64,000 nt of DNA, from assembly GCA_021613535.1 (NCBI GenBank), contig CP075497.1, positions 7,440,001 through 7,504,000 on the forward strand, read 5' to 3'. This document shows, piece after piece, positions 53,698 to 64,000 of this stretch. A program made the translations under genes and the position numbers. The notes under the pieces were generated by a model. That model had not been told where the DNA came from. It saw only the letters and a program-made list of their open reading frames with translations, and made no database searches. The number at the start of each line of letters is the position of its first letter. Within the stretch, counting starts at the first letter, position 1. This DNA comes from Adineta vaga (taxonomy: Eukaryota > Animalia > Rotifera).

Positions 53698-54786
53698 ATG
53701 ATTGATCTAGCAGAAGTTCTACCGATTGTATGTGTTATTTTTGGATTTGTTGCAATGGTTCTTGTTGCCAGGTATTTCAATCTTATTGAATGTTTGTCTT
53801 CTATCGATTCTTTCGTCTTCTTGTTTTCATATACCGACGCGATTTATTCACAGAGACTGAAACGACTATACCAATACCTCAAAGAGCACAAAATATACCA
53901 GTCAATTGTGTTGACAGTCCATATAGAATTCAAATTCAAGAAGGACAATCAACATTGAAAGGTAGAGATGCGTTGATCGAACATTGAGTGACAGTTTCAT
54001 TCTGTTTTAGATGGAGTTTCAATTCGATTACATACAGATATTCGCTGTCAATTACGTGCATTTTGGTTTGTAAATATTCAACGTTTTTATGTAGAATTAG
54101 ATTCTATTGATTTTCGAATGGCTCTATCGGAAGATCGCTTTTTACAAGATCATTCTATTCATCAACAAACAATCAAGTAAATGACTTCGAAATAAATGTT
54201 TTAGATCATGTTTCAGTTTATGTTTTTAGTTTTGATACACCGGGTGATTATGTTCAACGAATAGAATTTTCTGATGCTGATAATTATGTAATAAAAAACA
54301 ATCAAATACGTCGAGATTATCCACTTGTACTTATTCTTCATAGTTTTATTGATGAAAATTCGAATGAATTCTTTCGATTGGTAATTCATTGACTATTTGT
54401 AAAAAGCAAACTTTCCAAAACATCAATGCTTGTGCATATTTTAGCCTATTCAAATTGCAACTTTACACATCAAATCATCAATACCAACTGATCCTCCAAC
54501 AAGATTTCTTGGAAGAATTTCTAAACTTGCTAATGGACAATCCTTAGTGATACAAGTGAGTTTGAAGATTGTATGTTCCAATCTAAACAAATATAATTGT
54601 TTTTCCTAGGATATCTATACACCAGGTGCATTTACATCTGAAGACACGTGTGCCATATGTTTAACTGAACGTGTTAGCTATGTTTTGTTACCTTGTAAAC
54701 ATGCATGTTTGTGTCGCAACTGTTTTCATCTTACTGAAAAATGTCCGATATGTAGTATTCGTGTTGTATCTTATTTTCAAATATGA
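53698..54786 (+). CDS. CGRRF1: Cell growth regulator with RING finger domain 1-like (TM-anchored RING E3)
   Basis: N-terminal TM helix, then VDSPYRIQI, RRDYPLVLIL and a C3HC4 RING (CAICLTERVSYVLLPCKHACLCRNC...CPIC). The first intron lacks a canonical in-phase AG (see findings). Confidence 0.8.
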
Positions 54787-57309
54787 GTCTATTGAAGAAA
54801 TTGTGTCTGTCTGCATGGAAAATATAAGTTGTTGTAGGAGAGATTGTTTCCGAGTGATGAAAATTTGATTTTGTTCTATTTGAACAAGTTCTACTTATCT
54901 CATTAATAGAAAGTTGATTAAAAAGTGCTTTGTGATGAACTTTTATTTGGGTGCATTTATGTATTTATCAAATAAAGACTATTTCAAGTGTAGGAAGAAA
55001 AGAGAAAATCTCAATTATGTCAAAGTCAAATATACGTGTCGATAGACACTTGATGAAAACTGAGTGGGAGCACTGATAAAAGTTACCTTAAGTATTGTTT
55101 TCAGGGCGGCTTGATTTTCTGAAAAGTAAGGAAAGTTTTTCAAGCATGAACACGGTTTTGAATTTCTGGTGACGTTCCAATTTTTTTTTGAAATTTATCG
55201 TTTTCATAGTGGCGTCATTAGTAAACTGGAATTCGATCCTAATAAATCATGGGCTCAGTATCAAGTCTTTCTGATTGAAAAACGTAGTTAAGCTGCTGAG
55301 CTTACTAATTCAATGGGTAAGCTTTCTAAATATTTCTCACACCGAAGGTATTCGTCAAAATCAAATTCATTAAATAAAAAGTGCTCAGAAAAAGAACAAA
55401 TTTACATTATGTAACCATTAGATGTCGTTTTTTAGCAACTTTCATGATTTATAATATGCATTCTGTTTATTGCTTAATCTAAAGCGTCATCTAATTAGCT
55501 GCCTTTATCGAAATGTAACACACCACTAAGTATGTTTCACTATTGAGTAAAAACTAAATTCTATATCGTGTAAAACAACATTATATTTTTGTATAGTTAC
55601 CTTTTAAATAACAGAAGAAATAATAAATACAAATCGAATAGAGCATTTTGTGACAAAGTAGTAGTGTTGCGACCTGTTTTTTTTAACTTGTCCTTACTGA
55701 TTAATTTCTGATTGAGCAAAAGCTTTTTCTGCTCATTCGTGATTTTCAGACAAAAATATCTGATTTTCCAGTTTTTTGATCAGGCATTCCTGGTCAGTCT
55801 ATCATTAAAAGGGACAATTGAATATATATACGTGATATAATGATAAAGATTATAAACTCATAATCGACGGTTAATTGTTCTGGGTCGTAAAATACACGCT
55901 GTAAACTATTGTGAAAAAATGATGCCTCATTAGACTATTATTTTAACCCAGGAAACTGTTTTTAAAAATTCTCTCCTATCTCTCCAGAAAATGGCATAAT
56001 TATGATCAAATTTTATGTGGAGACGATAAGCTTGTAAAAAATTATTATTATACAGATATTTTATTTTGTATTGAATATATTCGGTCAGTATGTTTCGTTA
56101 ACAGATGCAAGTATTTTCACTTAACTCTGATAACATATTAGATGTCATAAATTGTTTCTCGTTCAAAATGTAAAACGTGAAAAAGTAGTCTGAGGATTTT
56201 GTTTCAGAACGAAAGAGTTAAATTAAAATTGATTTCATAAAAATTTCAGTTTCTGTCGAACAACTAATAATCATTAATTTTCGATTCGATAATCGATACA
56301 TGAACAGTTAACAATATAGACGTCATCTAAAACATGATAAATCATAAATTAACTGTTATAATTATTTTCATGTATTTTGAAACATAATTATTTATCATGT
56401 AGAGTTTTTTTAAATTGAAAAAGTGTGTCATATTTGCATGAAAGATGTAGCATGAAAATTTGGAGATAATTATACCTTATTATTCATTTGCGTTGTGATT
56501 ACTTCATGATAAGAATAAAAAAGCACAAATTGTGACAAAACAGCTTAATTCCAATTAAATCGAACAGAATTTGAAACTGCTTTTAAATAGACTTCACTGC
56601 AAACGTACATATAATTATTCGAAGCGAGATAATTAACAAGTAGTGCTCATTCTTTGGATTCGCGAATCCTTTTCTGAAAGAATCAGAAGAGTGTTCTGAG
56701 CATTTATGCAGTCTAAAAAAATCAGGACTCTGCATATTATCTTTCTTATCATTTAATATGGTTTTGTATCTATCGTTTTTTGTCAATATTCGTTGATATT
56801 AATGTAATTTTCAAAAACCTTAACTTTGTGAATTGTAAGATATACATAAATAACTGACAGTCAGAAACGAATGAGAAGAGCAAGTAATCAGTATGCAACA
56901 AATATAAAATAAAGAAACGCACAAACGTCTATGACTTTTTAAGCACGAATATTATTGATACATGGTTGTTTCCACAAGAAACCGAAACTAGGTCTTCCGG
57001 ATGTTTCAGTATGTGTTGCATGTTTATTGGCGCATTCAAAGTGATATCATATAGTTGAAATCATTCCCAACTGTCACTATTTTTATGAATAATATATTTT
57101 CGAAACGCTTGTCACAGTTTTCAAATGTGCGCAACTACATAGATATAAGTAAGTAATATAATGATCGCGTTAATCAGTTCTTTATTCAATAGATTCCGTT
57201 CCGTCCAATTCTAACAAAGAATCATTTTCGCTTATAAATTGAATTATTTAACAGTTTCTCAAGCAGCAAGACTTGTTTATTGCACTAACGATGAGCCTCT
57301 TAAAATCAA

Positions 57310-58254
57310 TACCTAGTCGTTGCCATTTATAGTTTACTATTTTGTCTAACATTAGTCAAAATGGAGTTTCGATACACAAGAACTAATTCGCCTATCGTAG
57401 ATCGATTCGTAATTAAACAGTCATTATCGAAATATCAAGATCTATACTCAAATAGATCAAAACGGCATCGTTTACGATCCGAAAACGTTCAAAAAAATGT
57501 AGTATCAATGGTATATTTACGGCGCTATACGGATTCAATACGGCCCGCTTTCGGGTCATATTGTACTGTTTCCTATCCGTTTACAACTTTCTTTCATTAA
57601 GTTTTTCCTCATAATTGGCTTGACGACAAACCGCAACCATTCTTTCATTTTTATATAGTATAAAATGACACCTGCAGACATTCTGCGTATGTAGTAGCAC
57701 CAATCATGTCCTACTCTCATGATGTCCTGATTACTGGAGAAGAATAGGAGTCACGTTTCTACCCATCTTCAATGTAACATACACCTACTTTTTACTATTT
57801 TACTAGATACTTACTATCCTGTTGAAGAACATGAGCAGTGTAAATCAAATGAAATGCTTGATCCTCGTTTGAGTAATACTTCGTGTTAAATTCAAAAATA
57901 TTGCTCAATCACCTCAACTGAGATAATAGTCCGAAACTAAACATACAAAACACAATCTAGAATAAAATAATAGTTTAAAATAAAGAAATAATTTTGAATA
58001 AAAAGATAATTTAAATAATGAACATCTAAATAAACAAAAATTCTAGAATAAAGGAAAGATTTTAAATTAAAATGCTTAAAAACGCTGGGAAAACAGTATT
58101 TGTTATTGGATCGTAGACGGTGTTATGTAAATAATACTGTAAACTACCATCTAAGATATACATGTAAGTATCTTTATTGAAAACAATTGTCCGTAAAAAT
58201 CACCGTTATCAATTATTAAATGCCGTTTACGGACAATACACATTGACCTGGGTA
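57310..58254. mobile_element. Degenerate MITE-like remnant(s) with right end TTGACCTGGG-TA
   Basis: Terminus TTGACCTGGGTA at 58243-58254. Internal TTTACG/CCGT/TACGG sub-repeats at 57470-57585 and 58110-58235 resemble element 59192-59402. The left boundary is uncertain. Confidence 0.45.
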
Positions 58255-59191
58255 GTTTCTACGTTTGTCCTCAATTTCTTTCTTATTTTAAAAATTGATA
58301 TCCCGTAGAATTCGTTCTCGGAAAAAAGCAATGCAATTATTTTGAAAAATCGTCTAAATCACGTCAGACTTATCTCTAAGTTGTATTTTAAAATAACTTG
58401 TTATGTAGAACTTTGTTTGGTCGGCCACTGATGGCTAATAGTTTCCACGTTTAACTTCATGACATTGCTGACCATAGTCCAATTTCGAGAAGAATAACTG
58501 AACTTAGTTTCCATGTTTCTTGACTAGTTTCTGATCTCTTATTAATATGATCTTCTGCAAGAAACTGAAAAATGACAACCATATCCTGGATTGCTATACA
58601 TAGGACACGTTATGGTATAACTGCTCATCGATCGTCGTGATTTTCGAATTCTATCACGACATCAATACCTATGGGGACTCAACTAATGCTTCCAGCAGCT
58701 AATTTTATATATATATTTCTATTTTATCTTTGCCGAAGCATCGGAGATGCAGCAATGAACAAAGAAAATTCTTTAAATCAGGATCAATCGTAAAGACATA
58801 GTTAGCAGTTTTCAATGGGCGCAAGCCAAGCTTAGAATAGCAAGGACTTCATCAAAAAAAAGTTAAGAAATACATCAAAATAATCTCTATTGACGTCAAA
58901 TTCGTGTTCTATTTATTCAACAACGTTCAGTCAAATCGTACAAGAAAATATATCTTATCACTTTATCATTTATAAAGAACTATTAATATCGAAATACTAA
59001 TGTACGAGTACGATTTTCCTTAGCGAGTTACCATCGTAAAGAATTTATTGGCTATATTCTACGTTATAGGTGTGATCGACTATTTCATAAATCAATCCTA
59101 TCTGACGCTTTTTCTTGATACCCCTACCCAATAAGACATCTACATAAACTTTAATAAAACATACACATAAAACTACACATCTATTTAATAT

Positions 59192-59402
59192 TACCCTGGT
59201 CAAACAATACAGTCCGTTCTGAATCTGTACATAGCCGTACAATAGCCGCTTTGGAATAGAGTACAACGTGTCTACGATGTCGTAAAATTGCGCTCGTGGT
59301 TACAGGACGAAACGATTTATTCAACACCGTAAAGATACTGTTTTCTCGCTGTTTACATTCGGGATATGCACTGTAAACGGCTCTATTTTGATCGACCTGG
59401 AC
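59192..59402. mobile_element. About 210-bp non-autonomous MITE with degenerate CCCAGGTC(G/A)A TIRs
   Basis: Left end TA-CCCTGGTCAA, right end TCGACCTGGA. Internal CCGT/CGTAAA sub-repeats. Same terminus type as 58243-58254. Confidence 0.55.
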
Positions 59403-59741
59403 ATATATTCTTCCTTCCTTTCTCAGGAGCAAATCTTTATTTTCACAAAGAAAGAACTTGCTCGACACAAAAACTCTTTTCAAACATTTCTTTAGAAACT
59501 ACATGTACTTATTGGTTTCATGGTTATGAAAACCCTTTATCAAGTTTTATTTTAAAAAATAGTTTTTCATACTTCAACCATAATTTTGAGTAGGAAATAC
59601 TCCAAAACAAACCTTTTTGCATTTGATCACAGTATTTAAACGCTGTACAGATTTTTCTTTCACACAGGGGAACAACAGGCGATTACTAAAAAAAAACCAA
59701 GCTATACACGTTAAGAGTACCATCCCCTCTTTTCTAATTTC

Positions 59742-59816
59742 TGTTATAGTTAAGCTATATGTTGGTGTTCCGATCAGCGGCTGATCGGAACACCAACATA
59801 TAGCTTAACTATAACA
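59742..59816. repeat. Perfect 75-bp inverted repeat (37-bp arms, 1-nt spacer)
   Basis: TGTTATAGTTAAGCTATATGTTGGTGTTCCGATCAGC-G-GCTGATCGGAACACCAACATATAGCTTAACTATAACA. Confidence 0.97.
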
Positions 59817-60714
59817 AGTGGCCCATAATGAATGACGATTTCCGATTTTTCTTGATAGTCCTTCTATCTTTCATGGTTTCAAACTGCTTTTCTTATCAAA
59901 AGTTGAGCGTTCATTCCTCTGCAACGAAATAAGTGAACACATTTTTTTGGAAAATACAATAGAAGTGTGAAATGATCAACTTTCAAAACACAATAAATAG
60001 TTTGATTGTGTTTGTATTCTTAAATTCAGTTTTCTAGATCGATTAAATTGTGTATTCTGTGCGCATTCTAAAACTCTGTTTATTTCATATAGTTTCGATT
60101 TGTTATGATGAAGCCTGTAGTTTTAAATTGGCATATATTTTGCTTCCAGATCTAAAACAAATACATTTTTTATCATTAATGTGTTTGTTTTTTGATTAAT
60201 TCACACAACTTGGTTTAAAACTGTGCTAGGATAAAATTTCCTTTTAATGAAAATTTTTAGGAGAGAGCTTGTGGATTTCATAGCGATTTTTACAAAATTC
60301 CTCTAAACACTATTTAATCATATAATAACTTTTATTCACTATCCGTGAGCAACAACTCCTACTCCCTTTGACTTAATCTTAATTATAAACGAATGATTTC
60401 TCATTCGCTATTTGACAAACGGTTTGTTTAGAAGCTCTGACAGACAAAGCGTACCTGACTACACCTTACCGAGCTCTCTCAACGTCTACATAGCTATATT
60501 TTCTAATTTCAGAAAATTAAAAATTGTTCGATTTGAATGGTTTGAAAGTTGATTATATCATATTTCTATAGTATTTTCCAAAAAAATATATTCATTTATG
60601 TCGTTGTAGAGAATTGAACGCTCAATTTTTTATAGGAAAAGCAGTTCGAAGTCATGAAAGATAGAAGAGCTTTGAAGAAAAGTCGGACATCATCATTCAT
60701 TACGGGCAACTTGT

Positions 60715-61170
60715 TATACATTAGACTTTGTTAAAGAATATTTATTTATTTCGATTTTTTCTCTTTATCTTTCAATAGAATCATCACCATCGACAACAAA
60801 TGATAAAGGATAAAAAAAATCGAAACCTGTAAGTATCTAGTCCATCATTTTTATCAAAATCGAAGAAGCGTTTTCCGAGAACGAATGAAAATACGTAAGA
60901 TTTTTTCATGTCGAATTTCCTAGATAATTAAAAATCTATTCGAAATAACTATTTGGAATCCAAAAAGCAAGATCTTATAATCGTTTGGTTTTTATTCCTT
61001 TCCAGGCATCGAAATCAAACTCAAAACATCACGAAGTTAATAATCAATTTGAAGAACATTTCGTTTCCATAATATTTCTTTTATATATAGAAAACTCCAA
61101 ATGAAAAACGTGGCATAGTCGATGATGCCGCTCCATTATCACCATCTCCTTCTTTGGATTTATATAAAGC
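60715..61170 (+). pseudogene. Decayed duplicate of three exons and two introns of the RS/Q-rich gene (source approx. 47514-48030)
   Basis: Near-collinear copy including introns. TCA>TAA stop at 60811, altered donor at 61036-61038, and internal deletions. Confidence 0.9.
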
Positions 61171-61948
61171 TAATGATGAAAAATCCAGAAATAATTAATG
61201 GGCGAAATCGAATTTTTCACAATCTCAATCACTCATGCCCTCGGCAAAAATCTTCCGATTCGGAATACTGCTTCCATGAAACTAGAAAGGATATCCAGGA
61301 GCCGACCGTTTCCACGCCGGATTTTTCGATTTGGGTATGTTAGCGCTTCGCTCTCTCTCTCTCTCTCTCATTTCTTATCTCTATATATACATGTGTGTGT
61401 ATGATCAGAAATATCGAGAGAATAAATAAAGTCATCAGCTCTAAGGAGCTATTAGGATTGAACTATCTTCAGTAATTCAAAAAGTATCAATTAAAGGAAT
61501 GATCACAATCATTCTTCAATAAAAGCAACAACTACAAATCATTTGGAAGGTTTTGCAACATAGATGGGTGTGGGTGGAACATACTAGAAGGATGACGTGT
61601 ATTTTTAGGTATGCCAACAGAATGGAAGAAAACCTGCATGAAATGTATGTATGTATGATATCGCGCGCTAACAATAGCAGAGAAAAGAAAAGAAGAAAAA
61701 ATAACGTACATGTATAGCATCATCTAGTACATGCATATAGCAATAGAAACGTTTTTTTTACAAAGGTTTTAAACGTTAGCAATTTTTTTCGTGAAACTTA
61801 GTTATAGTATGTTTATTATCCATTACTGATTATCAGAATAAGATGATCTAATTATAACTTAAATTATATAAAAAGTCTCCGATAAATGCTTCCATGAAAA
61901 CTGATGTCGCATAGTAGTCTATACGTTTCAAAGTGCTGTAAAATCACC

Positions 61949-61986
61949 GTGACCCCATATGGGGTCACCTGCAGTCAAAGGGTTAA
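61949..61986. mobile_element. piggyBac-like terminus with subterminal palindrome
   Basis: Perfect 20-bp palindrome GTGACCCCATATGGGGTCAC (61949-61968), followed by CTGCAGTCAAAGGG and TTAA (61983-61986). This is the CCC-terminus plus TTAA pattern of piggyBac elements. Confidence 0.55.
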
Positions 61987-62358
61987 ATATCTCAAGGTTG
62001 AGGATGTGGATGATGTTTAGAACGATAAGCAATACGTCCACACTTCACATTGATTTCATCTTTTTCTTGTATTATCTCTTCGTTTTATGAATCGCTTTCA
62101 TATTGATCGACATGAACCATATTTATCTTTTTTACAGATCAGAAGTTATAAATATTTCATAAAAATAGACACGAAAAGAAAGCAAAGAAAACCTAGCACA
62201 TATAAGTCATACAATAGTACACTTCAATTCATTGGATAATCCTGTAATATAACTAATTGAAAATTGATTTTATTTCCTGATCATAGAAAGTTTTTATCAT
62301 CCTATTTATTTAATTATTGAATATTCATTCAATATACTAAAAACTCTTCAGATAGAAG

Positions 62359-62490
62359 TAGGGGTTTGCGGTGTCAGTGACAGTAATGAAAAAACTGAAA
62401 CTGTTGTACCGATACTGAAGGTCAGCGCACGCCGATAGCCACCGTCAGTGTTTCTCTGTTTTTCAGTGTCCACTGACACCCACAGCTCTG
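62359..62490. mobile_element. Short degenerate foldback / hAT-like MITE remnant
   Basis: Left end TAGGGGTTTGCGGTGTCAGTG versus right-end reverse complement CAGAGCTGTGGGTGTCAGTG. Internal CAGTG/CACTGA repeats. No clear TSD. Confidence 0.4.
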
Positions 62491-63711
62491 GAACACCGAT
62501 TAGTTTTCTACACTGATCCATAGTGATGCATTGATACTCTCAGTGCACTGAAAATATCAACGCGCTGATCTCACCGATACTTTCATGCTGATATTTATTC
62601 TTTGTATTTCGTAAGCGGAACCTCATGACATCTTCTCTAAGAAATATTAGAATATATTGAAGAACTTCATTAATTGAGAGACAGTGTAAATTTGGGTGGG
62701 TATGGGTTACTTTTCTTCATCCACACACGCACACCCTCTTCCTCAACCACACATACGCACACACTAGTGAACTGCGTCGCAGATATTTTTGACTCCAACT
62801 ACATGAAAATAAAAATCGGAATTCTAGCTAAAACTGCAGAAAACTCCAATTGTTTCTAGATAGATTAAAGATATGTTCATCATTGTCGGATTTGAAATGG
62901 TTTATGCTAAGATGAGTTAATGTTTAACAGTGTCCCTTATATGATTAAAAGAACTCTTTTTTGGTTGTTATAAAGCGGATCATTTATTTAAAAATTTCTG
63001 ATCTCCCTTTTTACCAAAAGATGAGGGAAAACCTAGATGCTAGAGGTTATTTTTCTCTTTCGCCACCATGTGTTAGATAAAGATTAGAAAGAACGAAAAA
63101 ACAATCAAAGAACATCATATGTATCTTGTTGGTGTAGGTACGGTGCGAAAAGTTTTTGACACCCGCATCCACCCACACACCTACCTTCAAGATATGCTAT
63201 ATTGTGTGGTACCCATAAGTTCTCAGTAACAGTAGTATTTTCCTCGACTCCGTACATGGGCCTAACTGATGAGCCAGTACTGATTTATCGTAACATGTTT
63301 ACATATCTTTACAATTTGCATGTTTCCTTTCACACTTTTTGCAGTACACATAACGTTCGGATAAAATCCGAAGTTTCCGCATTTTTTTAATTGATGAAAT
63401 AGAATTGTTACTCTTTGGAATAATATTTGTTTGTATTTATTACTAACATAACTCCCGAGCTACTCCGAAAATTTTCCTAATTTTCTTTCCAACTCTAACG
63501 GCATGGAGTTGGAGTTGAAGCTTGGAGTCCAATACAGCTCACTACTTTTTCCTATCAGATGTTCACCTCTGATCCAAATTCTGAGAAAAAAAATTTCAGT
63601 GCTATCACAAAACGATTTAATATTATGAACGAAATTTATTTTTTGTACCAACTTTATTTCGTAGAATTGAGATATACAAATTGTTAAATAGAAATAAAAA
63701 TGTTTATCGTG

Positions 63712-64000
63712 TTATAATAAGGGAAAATATTCATGAAATTGTTTTGGACATACAAAAGGCTCTTCTATCAAAAGTTGTTTCAATTGAGCACAAGTTTGAC
63801 GAGATGCATCATTAGTAAAATTATTTGTTACGTTTGCTAGTGATTCATATTTAACTTCAAGAATTGACAAACGAGGTGAACAAATTCTTTCCATTAAAAG
63901 AAATTGTTCAACATAATCAACATGCGCTTCATTAAGAGAAAGTTCTTCTAAATAATGAAATGTAACAACAACATATGAATGCTTTTTCTTTTCTTGACTT
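63712..64000 (-). CDS. 3' end of an F-box/LRR-like protein of a family greatly expanded in bdelloids (partial; extends beyond the window)
   Basis: Open frame to the window edge: FHYLEELSLNEAHVDYVEQFLL...PRLSILEVKYESLANVTNNFTNDASRQTCAQLKQL...PKQFHEYFPLL*, matching the recalled C-terminal consensus of this family. Confidence 0.7.
   Translation of the reverse strand, partial: SQEKKKHSYVVVTFHYLEELSLNEAHVDYVEQFLLMERICSPRLSILEVKYESLANVTNNFTNDASRQTCAQLKQLLIEEPFVCPKQFHEYFPLL

Noticed and set aside
61566-63185. GGGTGTGGG / CCCACAC motifs resembling TGTGGG telomeric repeats
   Set aside because: Only isolated one- or two-unit matches with no tandem array; more likely fragments of small repeats.
63260-63300. 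CTGATGAG as a possible hammerhead ribozyme core of a Penelope-like element
   Set aside because: No stem II followed by GAAA and no supporting stems.
1-64000. rRNA, tRNA, SL-RNA, CRISPR arrays or intact transposase/RT ORFs
   Set aside because: None recognised by eye; tRNAscan-SE, Infernal and RepeatMasker would be needed to exclude them formally.

Overview
AT-rich, gene-dense eukaryotic (animal) DNA with many short GT-AG introns of about 45-80 nt. The intron style, a C-terminal motif typical of an expanded bdelloid F-box/LRR-like family and CCCAGGTC-type MITE ends suggest a bdelloid rotifer (inference, not proven). Bases 1-55 kb hold about 19 spliced genes. In order: dve/Compass homeobox gene with a long upstream region, an orphan CAAX-tailed protein, a fungal Pby1-like TTL/ATP-grasp enzyme, an FMRFamide-receptor-like GPCR, SLC38A7-like, VPS50, two tandem MPV17-like genes, CTDP1/FCP1, Flightless-I, par-6, a TPR-TM-(HTH-like) orphan, an 84-aa hydrophilic microprotein, a SERT-like SLC6 transporter, an 83-aa Cys-rich microprotein missed by the ORF track, a large RS/Q-rich gene, TMEM72-like, mitochondrial SSB and CGRRF1-like. 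Bases 55-63.7 kb are gene-poor, with MITE remnants, a perfect 75-bp palindrome, a piggyBac-like end and a decayed copy of part of the RS-rich gene. Best leads: (1) an operon-like TMEM72-SSBP1-CGRRF1 cluster with 135-nt spacers and splice acceptors at the ATGs (candidate SL trans-spliced operon); (2) a TPR-TM protein ending in a bacterial XRE/HipB-like HTH; (3) a probable horizontally acquired Pby1-type ligase whose stop codon overlaps that of a convergent CAAX gene; (4) four phase-matched alternative first exons for dve. All gene models were spliced by eye and family calls come from recalled motifs, not database searches.
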